64,000 bases of DNA from Candidatus Magasanikiibacteriota bacterium (GTDB lineage Bacteria > Patescibacteriota > Patescibacteriia > Magasanikbacterales > GWA2-37-8): assembly GCA_030650025.1 (NCBI GenBank), contig JAUSEN010000015.1, forward strand, positions 13,728-77,727, given 5' to 3'. A program made the translations under genes and the position numbers. Under the pieces are notes generated by a model. It was not told where the DNA came from, did no database searches, and worked only from the letters and a program-made list of their open reading frames with translations. This document shows positions 27,682 through 37,308 of this stretch, in pieces (positions within the stretch are counted from its first letter, which is position 1; every line of letters begins with the position of its first letter).

Positions 27682-29151
27682 CCGAGCCCGACTGGTTGGT
27701 TGCATGTGGGAGGCCTCCGTACCGCCCTCTATGCTTATTTAATTGCCAAAAAACAGGGCGGGCAGTTTTTGGTGCGTATCGAGGACACAGACCGCGAACG
27801 ATTTGTAGAAACCGGCACGCTCAATATTTTAAAATCTCTCTCTTGGGCAGGGGTAGTTCCGGACGAAGGCGTAGTGCTTGATGCTGGCGGAAAAATCACT
27901 CAAAAAGGCGATTTAGGGCCGTATATACAGTCCGAACGTCTAGCCATATACAAAAAATACGCCGCCGAGCTCCTCGATAAAAAATCGGCTTATTATTGTT
28001 TTTGTACGAGCGAACGACTCGAAGAATTACGTAAGCAGCAAGAATTAAATAAATTGCCTGGCGGCTATGATGGCGAATGCTTAAAAAATTCTACTCCAGA
28101 AGACGCCAAGAAAAGGGTGGCGGCGGGTGAGAAGCATGTAGTGCGTCTCAAGATGCCTAAAGACGGAGAAACAGTGTGGCATGATTTAGTTCGCGGCGAA
28201 GTCAGTTTTAAGAATGCTCTAGTGGACGACCAAGTTTTAATTAAATCCGATGGTTTCCCCACGTATCACTTGGCGGTGGTTGTTGATGATCATGAGATGC
28301 GAATTACCCACGTTATTCGCGGTGAAGAATGGGTTTCGAGCACGCCCAAGCATATTCAGCTGTATAAATATTTTGGTTGGGAAATGCCGGAATTTGCCCA
28401 TTTGCCGCTTCTTCTTAACCCCGATAAATCCAAGTTAAGCAAGCGCCAGGGCGATGTCGCGGTGGAGGATTATAACAATAAAGGATACTTGCCCGAAGCC
28501 CTTATAAATTTCGTCGCCTTTTTAGGCTGGAACCCGGGTACGAATAAAGAAATATACTCACTATCAGAGTTAGTACAGGATTTTAGTTTAGAAAAAGTTA
28601 GTAAATCCGGGGCGGTGTTTAATCTGGAGAAATTAAATTGGTTTAATAAAGAGTATTTAAAAAATTATTCTGGAGAAAAATTAGCTGAATTAGTTCCAGA
28701 ATTTTTTGTTAACAACGATTTTTATCATGATTTTACAGAAAAGTTAGCTGATAAAAATTTTTTTGGCAAAATTCTTGATCTTGAAAAAGAACGAGTTACG
28801 ACGCTCGCGGAATTGCCCGCAGCCGTCAAGTTTATTTTTAAAATTCCGGAATATTTGCCAGAAATTTTAGTGTGGCGTAAAGGCACTCTGGACGAAGTAA
28901 AAATAATTTTACCAGAATTAAAAAATTACTTAGAGAATTTTGAAGTCGGGGAGTGGAATGAAAAAAATTTAGAAGCAAAAATAAAAATTTGGCTTGAATC
29001 CAAAAAATACTCTACCGGATCGGTTTTGTGGCCTCTGCGCGTAGCGCTTAGTGGCCAGCAGAACAGTCCCGGGCCATTTGAGATTGCCGCGGTATTAGGC
29101 AAGGCAGAATCACTGGCGCGTCTAGATTTAGCTATCAGAAAACTGAAATAA
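27661..29151 (+). CDS. gltX: glutamyl-tRNA synthetase
   Basis: Class I HIGH region RFAPSPTGWLHVGG, KMSKS equivalent KLSKRQG, anticodon-binding C-terminal domain. Confidence 0.92.
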   Translation: MIRTRFAPSPTGWLHVGGLRTALYAYLIAKKQGGQFLVRIEDTDRERFVETGTLNILKSLSWAGVVPDEGVVLDAGGKITQKGDLGPYIQSERLAIYKKYAAELLDKKSAYYCFCTSERLEELRKQQELNKLPGGYDGECLKNSTPEDAKKRVAAGEKHVVRLKMPKDGETVWHDLVRGEVSFKNALVDDQVLIKSDGFPTYHLAVVVDDHEMRITHVIRGEEWVSSTPKHIQLYKYFGWEMPEFAHLPLLLNPDKSKLSKRQGDVAVEDYNNKGYLPEALINFVAFLGWNPGTNKEIYSLSELVQDFSLEKVSKSGAVFNLEKLNWFNKEYLKNYSGEKLAELVPEFFVNNDFYHDFTEKLADKNFFGKILDLEKERVTTLAELPAAVKFIFKIPEYLPEILVWRKGTLDEVKIILPELKNYLENFEVGEWNEKNLEAKIKIWLESKKYSTGSVLWPLRVALSGQQNSPGPFEIAAVLGKAESLARLDLAIRKLK

Positions 29152-29170
29152 ACCTGATATTTTTAGTAGT

Positions 29171-29194
29171 AGGGGCATGATATATCATGCCCCT
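29171..29194. repeat. perfect 24-bp palindrome AGGGGCATGATATATCATGCCCCT downstream of gltX
   Basis: Read directly; preceded by ATATTTTTA; no clear U-tract on either side. Confidence 0.5.
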
Positions 29195-29238
29195 ACGGTA
29201 CGCTTTCAAGCCATAAAATATTATGCTATAATACCGCC

Positions 29239-30456
29239 ATGAATAAGCGGTATTTTTTTAGCATAATTGCGATACTCGCCGGTATTTTTTGTATACCGTT
29301 TTTTGCGTTGGCCGAACCCAGTGCTGGGCAACCGGAAATTGAAGTTTTAAATAAAGCCATTTCCGCTCGGCAGGACAAAATTAAGCAACTGGAAGATACT
29401 ATTTCTAAATACAAAAAAAATATTGCGGAAAAACAAAGCGAGGCGGTGTCACTCAAAAATCAGATGAGTATTCTCGATAATCATATCGCGCAAGCCCAAA
29501 CTGATATTGACCTAATAATAGAAAAAATTAAACAAGCGGCCCTCGAAATTGAAGCTTTGCAGATCGATATCAACGATAAACTAAATACTATCGCGCGGCA
29601 AAAACAAATTGTGGCAACTCTTGTTAAAAATATTCACGCTTCGGACCAAAAAAATTATTTAGAAATCATGTTGAGTTACCAATCGTTCGCGCAATTTTAC
29701 GACGAACTCAAGCAAACCGAAAATGTTTATACGGACGTTGGCCGCGCTTTAAAAAATGTGCGGCTCGCTAAAGAACAGCTGGAACGCAAGCGCGAACAAG
29801 TAGGGGCCAAACAAAACATGTATCAGGCGCTTCAAGATGAATTGCAAAATAAAAAAGATAATTTAACAAGCGAGAACACTTATAAACAAAAACTTTTAGC
29901 CGATACTAAAAATAAAGAAAGCATCTACCGCACCTTGCTCGAAAGCCAAAAACGCGAATATCAGGTAGTCGAGAGGGAGATTCGGACATTTGAGGACCAA
30001 GTGCGTAAAAAGTTAGCCGAGCAGGACAAAATTGCCGCCTCTGGGTTGGTGAGCATGATTTGGCCAACCCCGAGCCACATCATTAACGCGACTTTTCACG
30101 ACCCAGAATACCCGTTTCGGCGCGTTTTTGAGCATAGTGGTCTAGATCTAAAAGCCCCTCAAGGCACGCCCATTCGCGCGGCCGCGCCTGGGTTTATTGC
30201 TAAAGCTAGGCGTTGTTCCGTTGCCTCCTGCTACAGCTATATTTTACTAGTGCATACTGGCAACTTATCAACCCTGTACGGCCATTTAAGCAAAATTACA
30301 ATTAGCGACGACGAATTTATTAATCAAGGCGATGTGATTGGTTATTCTGGTGGCACCCCGGGGACAGTCGGCGCCGGTCCGTTTGTGACCGGCCCACATC
30401 TCCATTTTGAAGTGAGGTTAAATGGTATTCCGGTTGATCCGCTCGGTTATTTGTAA
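29239..30456 (+). CDS. secreted coiled-coil M23 family metallopeptidase (EnvC/LytM-like murein endopeptidase)
   Basis: Signal peptide, long coiled-coil, C-terminal LytM domain with HxxxD (HSGLD) and HLHFE (HxH) metal ligands intact. Confidence 0.8.
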   Translation: MNKRYFFSIIAILAGIFCIPFFALAEPSAGQPEIEVLNKAISARQDKIKQLEDTISKYKKNIAEKQSEAVSLKNQMSILDNHIAQAQTDIDLIIEKIKQAALEIEALQIDINDKLNTIARQKQIVATLVKNIHASDQKNYLEIMLSYQSFAQFYDELKQTENVYTDVGRALKNVRLAKEQLERKREQVGAKQNMYQALQDELQNKKDNLTSENTYKQKLLADTKNKESIYRTLLESQKREYQVVEREIRTFEDQVRKKLAEQDKIAASGLVSMIWPTPSHIINATFHDPEYPFRRVFEHSGLDLKAPQGTPIRAAAPGFIAKARRCSVASCYSYILLVHTGNLSTLYGHLSKITISDDEFINQGDVIGYSGGTPGTVGAGPFVTGPHLHFEVRLNGIPVDPLGYL

Positions 30457-30461
30457 TTTTT

Positions 30462-31241
30462 ATGACTGATTTTAATAATATTAGATCAGAACAAATTGTA
30501 ATTGACGGTCTCTTAACCAGTTTTATCGCTTCTAATAAAACTAGCACTAAGCCGCCCATTCTTTTTTTACACGGCTGGGGTTCTTCAAAAGAAGTGTGGA
30601 ATTTAGCCATGCAAACACTCGAATCTAAAGGCGTTGTTTCTTATGCTCTTGATTTGCCGGGGTTTGGCAAAACCGAAAAACCGCGTGAAGTTTGGAACGT
30701 TCATACTTATGTGGCTTTTATTTTGGAATTTCTTCGCAAGCTCGATATTAAAAAAGTTATCGTTGTCGGCCATTCATTTGGCGGGCGCCTGGCCCTGGTC
30801 TTGGCGGCGGAGAACCCGGCGCTAGTCTCAAAATTAGTCCTGGTCGATAGTGCCGGGGTTAGGACCAAGCCGGGGTTTAAAAAATTTCTGGCATCTGTCT
30901 CTAAACTCGCGCGCCCGCTCTTTCGCCTGCGCTGGACAAATCCGCTTCGCAAAAAAATTTATCGCTTGATTGACGCCGAGGATTATGTAGCCACTCCCGA
31001 GCTTAACAAAACTTTTGTGCAGGTAATTGGCGAAGATTTACAAAGTTATGCTCCGCGTATTTTGCAGCCCACGCTTATCGTGTGGGGCAAAAATGACATG
31101 GTAACGCCTATTTTTTTTGCCACTGAATTTAAGAATAAAATTCCGCGCTCTCGCCTGGTGGTGCTCTCGGGCGCCGGACATTATAGTTTTTTAGACCAAC
31201 CCGCGGAATTCATCGAGGCGCTCCAAAAATTTCTTAACTAA
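30462..31241 (+). CDS. alpha/beta-hydrolase fold protein
   Basis: LFLHGWGSS, nucleophile elbow GHSFGG, C-terminal His region. Confidence 0.7.
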   Translation: MTDFNNIRSEQIVIDGLLTSFIASNKTSTKPPILFLHGWGSSKEVWNLAMQTLESKGVVSYALDLPGFGKTEKPREVWNVHTYVAFILEFLRKLDIKKVIVVGHSFGGRLALVLAAENPALVSKLVLVDSAGVRTKPGFKKFLASVSKLARPLFRLRWTNPLRKKIYRLIDAEDYVATPELNKTFVQVIGEDLQSYAPRILQPTLIVWGKNDMVTPIFFATEFKNKIPRSRLVVLSGAGHYSFLDQPAEFIEALQKFLN

Positions 31242-31243
31242 GT

Positions 31244-32737
31244 ATGACCCATTTTAGTAATACCAATAAACCGAACAGAATACAAATATTTAAAGAAAGA
31301 CTGCGTAGCCTTTATCTTACGATTGGTTTTCACATTTATTTATTACAATTAGAAAATTACGAGTTAGGACGCTACTGGCGGGTGCTTTGGACGGCCCGCT
31401 ATTTTCCTCGCTCATACCCGTGGCGTAAATCAATTGTCTGGACGCCAAAATTATTTTTAATAGTTTTTCTCGCTGTCGCTGTCCATATCGCCTCGAGCAT
31501 CCTTTTTGCCTATTATGTTCCGTTTTTTAATGTGCCCTATGTCGGCTTAGTGATTTTTTGTATTGCTTACCCATTTTTTTTGAGTTTAGCCGTCGTACTA
31601 ATTTGGCCGCTTGATTGTATCGTGAAACAACGGCTCATTGGGCGCGCCGCCAGAAAAATTAACCGATTTAAAAACTTAAAAATTATTGCCATTGCCGGGA
31701 GTTTTGGCAAAACCACTGTCAAAGAAGTGGTGGCCGCGGTGCTCTCTCAAAATTACAAAATTTTAGTAACACCGGACAATATTAATACGCCCCTTGGCAT
31801 TGCCCGCTTAGTTTTAAAAGATCTAACCGCCAGCACCGAAATTTTGATAGTGGAAATGGGGGAGTATTATCGGGGTGACATTAAGAAAATTTGCGCCTTA
31901 ACGCCACCCGATATTAGCGTTGTCACCGGCATTAACGAAGCGCATCTAGAGCGCCTCAAAACCATTGAGAATACCGCGGCCACAATTTTTGAAGTAGTTC
32001 GCTTTGCCAAAACTGACGCTGTTTGTGTTTTAAACGCCGACGATCCTAATGTTTTACGTTACGCTCCGCTTTATGCCCGGAAGCACAAGGTGGCATGGTA
32101 TGGCAATCGCAATCAAAATAATAACGCTGTAAAAATTTCGGAAGTTAAATTCGATCAAAATTTGCTTCAGCAAACGGCCTTTGCCAGGTTAGACGCCGAG
32201 TCAGTCCAAATCGAAACTAAATTACTTGGTTCTTACGCTATTGGCAGTTGCGTGGCCGCTTTAACGGTGGGGAATATTTTGGGTTTAAAACTTAACGCCA
32301 TGGCCGCGCGCCTTTCTCAAGTAAAACCTGTTAAACATCGTTTAGAACCAATTAAAAGCGCTAGCAATGTCTTGGTTATCGACGACAGTTACAATGGCAA
32401 TCCCGCGGGCGTCTCTGAAGCCGTACATTTGCTAAACCAATTCGATCGCACCCGCCGCCGCATATTTTTAACCCCCGGGCTTGTGGAAATGGGGAACCAA
32501 ACGCGCTCTGTCCATAATCAAATTGGTCAGGATTTAGCCTCGGCGGTGGACCTCGCTATTCTTATCAAAAACAGCGCTACCCCCTTTATTGCCGAGGGTC
32601 TGCTAAAAGCCGGCTTTGCCAAAGACAAAATTATATGGTTTAATACTGCCCTCGAAGCTCACGCCGCTCTTAAAAACATTCTTAAACCGCATGATGTGAT
32701 ATTATTCCAGAACGACTGGGGCGATAATTATATATAA
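31244..32737 (+). CDS. murF: UDP-MurNAc-tripeptide--D-Ala-D-Ala ligase (MurF-like) with N-terminal membrane domain
   Basis: P-loop IAIAGSFGKTTVKE, Mur ligase central and C-terminal domains; murF-ddl synteny; first about 125 aa are 3-4 hydrophobic helices replacing the usual soluble N-domain. Confidence 0.75.
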   Translation: MTHFSNTNKPNRIQIFKERLRSLYLTIGFHIYLLQLENYELGRYWRVLWTARYFPRSYPWRKSIVWTPKLFLIVFLAVAVHIASSILFAYYVPFFNVPYVGLVIFCIAYPFFLSLAVVLIWPLDCIVKQRLIGRAARKINRFKNLKIIAIAGSFGKTTVKEVVAAVLSQNYKILVTPDNINTPLGIARLVLKDLTASTEILIVEMGEYYRGDIKKICALTPPDISVVTGINEAHLERLKTIENTAATIFEVVRFAKTDAVCVLNADDPNVLRYAPLYARKHKVAWYGNRNQNNNAVKISEVKFDQNLLQQTAFARLDAESVQIETKLLGSYAIGSCVAALTVGNILGLKLNAMAARLSQVKPVKHRLEPIKSASNVLVIDDSYNGNPAGVSEAVHLLNQFDRTRRRIFLTPGLVEMGNQTRSVHNQIGQDLASAVDLAILIKNSATPFIAEGLLKAGFAKDKIIWFNTALEAHAALKNILKPHDVILFQNDWGDNYI

Positions 32738-32746
32738 ATCATTAGT

Positions 32747-32842
32747 TGCTCAATTGGTTTGGTTTTGAGCGGGTTATTGAGCCGCAGCGAAATCCCCGAG
32801 GCCTCGCGGCCGAGGAAAGCGAAAAGCCAAACCAATTGAGCA
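32747..32842 (+). promoter_or_regulatory. long inverted repeat / structured RNA candidate in murF-ddl spacer
   Basis: TGCTCAATTGGTTTGGTTTT ... AAAAGCCAAACCAATTGAGCA (20-bp stem, one bulge) enclosing a 55-nt GC-rich loop with internal palindrome CGAGGCCTCG; 3' arm ends 12 nt before ddl ATG. Confidence 0.45.
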
Positions 32843-32854
32843 TGCCAGTTATCT

Positions 32855-34042
32855 ATGCAGACTATCGGCGTATTTTTTGGGAGCCGCTCTCCGGAGCACG
32901 ACATTTCCGTTATCACGGGAGTATTTATTATCGCGGAATTAAAAAAGTTAGGTTATTCAGTGGTGCCAGTGTATATCGGCAAAACAGGGGAGTGGTATAT
33001 TTCCGATACGGTCGGCTCTCTTAAATTTTTTACGCAGAAAAATTACGAGGCCGAGCTCGCTAAAAATAACTTTCAAAAATATTTTTTAGATCTCGAATCC
33101 TCGCGCGGAAAAATTGTTTTTAAGCGCAAGGGTTTGGCCGGCCGCGAGATAACTATTGATGTAGCTTTCCCAGCACTCCACGGTTCTTTTGGCGAGGACG
33201 GCACTATCCAGGGCCTTTTCGAAATGCTCGGTGTGCCCTATGTTGGTTGTGACGTAACCGCTTCGGCCGTTACTATGGACAAAGTATTAACAAAACTTTT
33301 GTACCAAAGCCTAGAGATCCCCACCACAAAATTTGTACACTTTACCAAAAACGACTGGGAGAACGATAAAAACAGCATTCTCAAAAGCATTAATCAAACC
33401 TTAACGTATCCCGTATTTGTTAAGCCCGCGCGCCTGGGCTCTTCTATTGGCATTGCTAAAGTTAGTAAGCCAGCTGTAATCAGTGATTTAGAGACCAAAA
33501 TCGAGGTGGCCCTCCACTATGATACTAAGGCTCTGGTTGAAGAAGGCGTGGATCCGGTTGTAGATTTAACCTGCGCGCTTATTGGTAATGAGTCTGTTAC
33601 CCCCTCGCTCCTTCAGGAGTCAGTTTTTGCTAGCGATTTATTTAATTTTGAAGAAAAGTACCTTACCGATGGCGGTACCCAGCTTGGGGCGTCCAAGCGG
33701 GGGATAGTGACCCCGGCTCGGCTCGAGAGCGATATTTCCGAGTCTATTCAGAACCTGGCTGTAAAGATTTATCGCGATTTTGGCTGCGCGGGAATCGCGC
33801 GCGTGGATTTTTTGTATAACCGTACCACGAAGCAGTTTTTTGCTAACGAAATTAATACTTTGCCCGGCACCCTCTACCACCACTTATGGAAGGCGAGCGG
33901 TAAAGAAATTAGCGTTGTTTTACAAGAACTTATTGCCCTGGCGCTTGAGCGCCAGGCCCAAGCCAAAACTCGAACCTTTACTTTTGCCTCCAGTGTTCTT
34001 GAACAAGCCGGCTCGCTTAAGATACCGGGCAATAAATTGTAA
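32855..34042 (+). CDS. ddl: D-alanine--D-alanine ligase
   Basis: IGVFFGSRSPEHDISVITG N-terminus, ATP-grasp motifs (ALHGSFGEDGTIQG, ...NEINTLPG). Confidence 0.9.
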   Translation: MQTIGVFFGSRSPEHDISVITGVFIIAELKKLGYSVVPVYIGKTGEWYISDTVGSLKFFTQKNYEAELAKNNFQKYFLDLESSRGKIVFKRKGLAGREITIDVAFPALHGSFGEDGTIQGLFEMLGVPYVGCDVTASAVTMDKVLTKLLYQSLEIPTTKFVHFTKNDWENDKNSILKSINQTLTYPVFVKPARLGSSIGIAKVSKPAVISDLETKIEVALHYDTKALVEEGVDPVVDLTCALIGNESVTPSLLQESVFASDLFNFEEKYLTDGGTQLGASKRGIVTPARLESDISESIQNLAVKIYRDFGCAGIARVDFLYNRTTKQFFANEINTLPGTLYHHLWKASGKEISVVLQELIALALERQAQAKTRTFTFASSVLEQAGSLKIPGNKL

Positions 34043-34086
34043 ATGGACGGCAACAGCTCTGAATAGCCTAAAAAATAACCTCCGCT

Positions 34087-35055
34087 TTATTTTCCGCCGC
34101 GATGAAATTTTTTGTGAATATCACGCAGTTTTTTATTGGTAACGTGAGTGTAAATTTGGGTAGTGGCAATGTTTTTGTGGCCGAGCAGTTCTTGCACCGA
34201 GCGCATGTCCGCGCCCTGATCTAATAAATCGGTAGCAAAACTGTGGCGGAGAGTGTGGGGGGTGGCATCCACTGGCAAGCCGGCCATCGTCGCATATTTA
34301 CGTACTAAACGTTCCACCGAACGAGGTGTTAAGCGATGTTCTTTATCTTCGGTGTTATTTTTTTGGTAATTAATAAAAAGCGGGGGATATAAATCATTTT
34401 TTCGTGTTTCTAGATATTTAGCCAACCAACCCAGGGCACGCTCGGAGAAATAAACTGTGCGGGTACTGCCGCCTTTACCGTTAATTGCGATTTCTAGATC
34501 TTTAATTTTTTTATTTATAATATTTTTTATGTCAAACGACCTTATATTAAGCGACGTTAATTCCGACACGCGCATGCCAGTAGAAAAGAGGGTTTCGAGT
34601 ATAGTTCGGTCTCGGAGACCGTCGGGAGTGGCCGTATCCGGCATATGCACAAGCTTTTCTACTTGATCAAAGCTCAAAAATTTGATAGTTTTGTCTTTGT
34701 CAGTTAGCTTCGGGAGCTTAATTTTGTCACTGGGAAGGCACTGGATATCGCGTTCTGTAAAGTATGCTAACAGGTTGCGCAGGGCTATCAAGTAGTAGTT
34801 CTGAGTCGTTTTTTTAATATAACGGCCTTTAGAGTCTTTTTTGCGAGAAAGATATAGGCGGTAGTTCCAAATCTGCTCCTGGGTCAATTCCTGGGGTTTT
34901 AGGCTCTCTAGGCGGTTATTTTTAAGCCAACCAGTAAACATCTTGAGAAAATTATCATAATTCCTGGAAGTTACCGGGCTTAAACCCTTCTCAACCTCGC
35001 AATAATCAAGAAAGTCCCGTATATGCTTAATGATTGTGGTATTGGAGCGTTTCAT
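34087..35055 (-). CDS. xerD: tyrosine site-specific recombinase XerC/XerD family
   Basis: Catalytic box HTLRHSFATDLLDQGADMRSVQELLGHKNIATTQIYTHV, R...K...HxxR...Y residues. Confidence 0.85.
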   Translation of the reverse strand: MKRSNTTIIKHIRDFLDYCEVEKGLSPVTSRNYDNFLKMFTGWLKNNRLESLKPQELTQEQIWNYRLYLSRKKDSKGRYIKKTTQNYYLIALRNLLAYFTERDIQCLPSDKIKLPKLTDKDKTIKFLSFDQVEKLVHMPDTATPDGLRDRTILETLFSTGMRVSELTSLNIRSFDIKNIINKKIKDLEIAINGKGGSTRTVYFSERALGWLAKYLETRKNDLYPPLFINYQKNNTEDKEHRLTPRSVERLVRKYATMAGLPVDATPHTLRHSFATDLLDQGADMRSVQELLGHKNIATTQIYTHVTNKKLRDIHKKFHRGGK

Positions 35056-35135
35056 AGTATTGCGTCGTTTAATCTATGTTATACGACGTTATTATTATAT
35101 TATAATATAGGGCGCTTTGTCCACCGCACTCTCGC

Positions 35136-36125
35136 CTATTTCCAATAAACCCTGTCTCCAAAACGCAGATCTATGTAGCTAGTAATTTTAGGATTTTGGG
35201 CTAGTAAAGTTAGTAAATGGTCAGCCTGTGTTTTTAAATCTTTTTTAAGATCCATGATTACAAACCAGCCCCGCGCCGTATTTAGCCTCACCACTCCCCC
35301 GTTCGACTCATCCCATTCTAAACTGCTGGCTTTGAGTCCTTCCGATTGGTTTACTAAATCAAAAGAATTTAATAAGTTGGAAAATTTAACAGAATCAATT
35401 GGATATTCAAACATTTTAAGTTCGGAACTTAAGGATATTATAACTGGGTAAGCCCCCCAGCGCTTGCGAAGCATTGTTGGGTCAGTCTTAATTTCATTCC
35501 CCCGCTCTCCGTTTAAAAGGGGCGGACTAGAGCTTGTGCTAGTAGAAAGTAATAAGACTTCTGACACTGTCTCCAAAATTTTTAAAATTTGGCCATTTTT
35601 ATCCGCGTACGCAGTATGCGCTTGACCCGCCACTATAGCCGCGGGGATTTTTTGAGTCGCCGTCAAAGCCAGAGAATTAGGAAATTTTTTTTGCACATCA
35701 ACGGCACTCAAAAATTGAAAATCTCGAGCCAGATTATCGGCAATTTTTTTGGTGTCAACAAAAAAATAATTATTTTTAGGAATTACCAGCCAGCCTTTAA
35801 TTTGATCTTTCACCGCTCCGACCAGTTCTTCTTTTTTAAAGAACTCTTCGCTGGTTTCTACTAAAATAGTAGTGATGCGGAAAAAAGGCAGGTATACCAT
35901 TAAAGTGACCCACAAAAAAAAGCAAGCGGCCAGGATATAGAAATATTTTTTCAAACCGATAACTTTGCTAGGAGTGCTGGTTAATTGCCGCCGACCATGC
36001 TGGCCAGCCAAAGTCTGGTGCAGTGACGCGATCTCTTGAGCCCGTTTTTTTCTAGCGCGGCGCTCTCGCCAGCCAAGTTTTGGTTTGTGTTTTTCGGCGG
36101 CGCGAGGAGAATAATCTCGAAGCAT
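35136..36125 (-). CDS. ftsQ: cell division protein FtsQ/DivIB-like (POTRA domain)
   Basis: Basic cytoplasmic N-terminus, single TM, POTRA-like region; neighbour of dcw genes. Confidence 0.6.
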   Translation of the reverse strand: MLRDYSPRAAEKHKPKLGWRERRARKKRAQEIASLHQTLAGQHGRRQLTSTPSKVIGLKKYFYILAACFFLWVTLMVYLPFFRITTILVETSEEFFKKEELVGAVKDQIKGWLVIPKNNYFFVDTKKIADNLARDFQFLSAVDVQKKFPNSLALTATQKIPAAIVAGQAHTAYADKNGQILKILETVSEVLLLSTSTSSSPPLLNGERGNEIKTDPTMLRKRWGAYPVIISLSSELKMFEYPIDSVKFSNLLNSFDLVNQSEGLKASSLEWDESNGGVVRLNTARGWFVIMDLKKDLKTQADHLLTLLAQNPKITSYIDLRFGDRVYWK

Positions 36126-36129
36126 GTTA

Positions 36130-37266
36130 TTAAAAAATAATTTCCCGGCGCAGGTGCCCTGGTATATGAACTAAAATTTCATAACTAATAGTGTCGCATT
36201 GCTTCGCCAAATTAGCCACGGAATTGAGGTCGTTTAGGTCGCGGCTGATAACTGTGGCTATTTGCCCTGGTTTTGCTTCCTTTACGCCGCTGACATCAAT
36301 AGACGTAATATTCATGCTTACGCGGCCAATTATCGGGCAAAATGCCGACCCCACTTTGACTATGCCCCGATTCGATAAACGTAAGTCCACGCCTTCAAAA
36401 TACCCTACTGGCAGGGTGGCAATAATCGCGTCAGACTGTGCTTCAAAAGTAAAATTATAACCAACATGCTCTGTCTTTTTGAGACTGCGCACTGACATAA
36501 TCTCCGCTTGCAGCTCTAAAGCTGGTTTTAAACCTGGCACAAAATGAGCCAGACCATAAAACCCTACCCCGACCCGAGCCACATTATCACCTAAATCGCC
36601 CTTCAGGCAAAAACCACTCGTGGCTCTGATGTGAATATATTTAATCGTGGAAAATTCCGCAGTTAGTCGCGTGCGCGCTTCCTGCCAACGAGGAATCTGA
36701 ATATCACTGGTTTCCCGAGGGCGATTAAGAGGATCAGCTAAATGCGAAAAAATCCCTATTACATTTAAATTACGATTTTTTTTGAGAAGTCTGGTGGCCT
36801 CTGGCAATTCTGCCAATTGTATCCCCTGCCGGTTCATGCCGGTGTCGACTTTAATATGAACATCAACTGGGCGAGTACACAAAATAGATAATTCTTTCAA
36901 CTGCGCGAGGTCAACCACCGCAAACATTATATTTTTTAACTTATTCTCCGCGATCACCCTGGGCTTAACGTAATTTAAAACCAAAATTTTTAGCTTAAAA
37001 TTATCGCGTCGTAACGCTTTGGCTTCAAAAACTGAATCCACGCATATAAATGGAACATTTGTGTGGTTTAAAATTTCAGCCACTTCTAACAAACCATGGC
37101 CATAGGCATTACTTTTTAAAACCGGCGCAATTTCTATCCCTGGTTTTAAAGAGCGAAAAATTTCTAAATTATTCAGCAAATTATCGCGGTATATTAAAAC
37201 CTTGACCAGCGGCTCTGGGCTAAAATGTTCTCGGTGCCACTGGCGCCAAGTACGCAAAAAACGCAT
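36130..37266 (-). CDS. alr: alanine racemase
   Basis: PLP-lysine motif APVLKSNAYGHG, typical length. Confidence 0.85.
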   Translation of the reverse strand: MRFLRTWRQWHREHFSPEPLVKVLIYRDNLLNNLEIFRSLKPGIEIAPVLKSNAYGHGLLEVAEILNHTNVPFICVDSVFEAKALRRDNFKLKILVLNYVKPRVIAENKLKNIMFAVVDLAQLKELSILCTRPVDVHIKVDTGMNRQGIQLAELPEATRLLKKNRNLNVIGIFSHLADPLNRPRETSDIQIPRWQEARTRLTAEFSTIKYIHIRATSGFCLKGDLGDNVARVGVGFYGLAHFVPGLKPALELQAEIMSVRSLKKTEHVGYNFTFEAQSDAIIATLPVGYFEGVDLRLSNRGIVKVGSAFCPIIGRVSMNITSIDVSGVKEAKPGQIATVISRDLNDLNSVANLAKQCDTISYEILVHIPGHLRREIIF

Positions 37267-37308
37267 AACCGCAAATGTTACTATTTGTAATTATTATATC
37301 AAAAAAAT

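Noticed and set aside
27603-27881. 92-aa ORF overlapping the gltX start
   Set aside because: Different frame from the strongly supported gltX (HIGH motif in frame at 27661); Arg/Gly-rich artefact.
32746-33024. 92-aa ORF spanning the murF-ddl inverted repeat and the ddl start
   Set aside because: Out of frame with ddl, covers a structured non-coding spacer, product has no features; ddl start at 32855 gives canonical Ddl N-terminus.
34087-35055. XerD-like recombinase as part of an integrative mobile element
   Set aside because: No flanking direct repeats, no phage/cargo genes; embedded among dcw/housekeeping genes, so interpreted as the chromosomal dimer-resolution recombinase.
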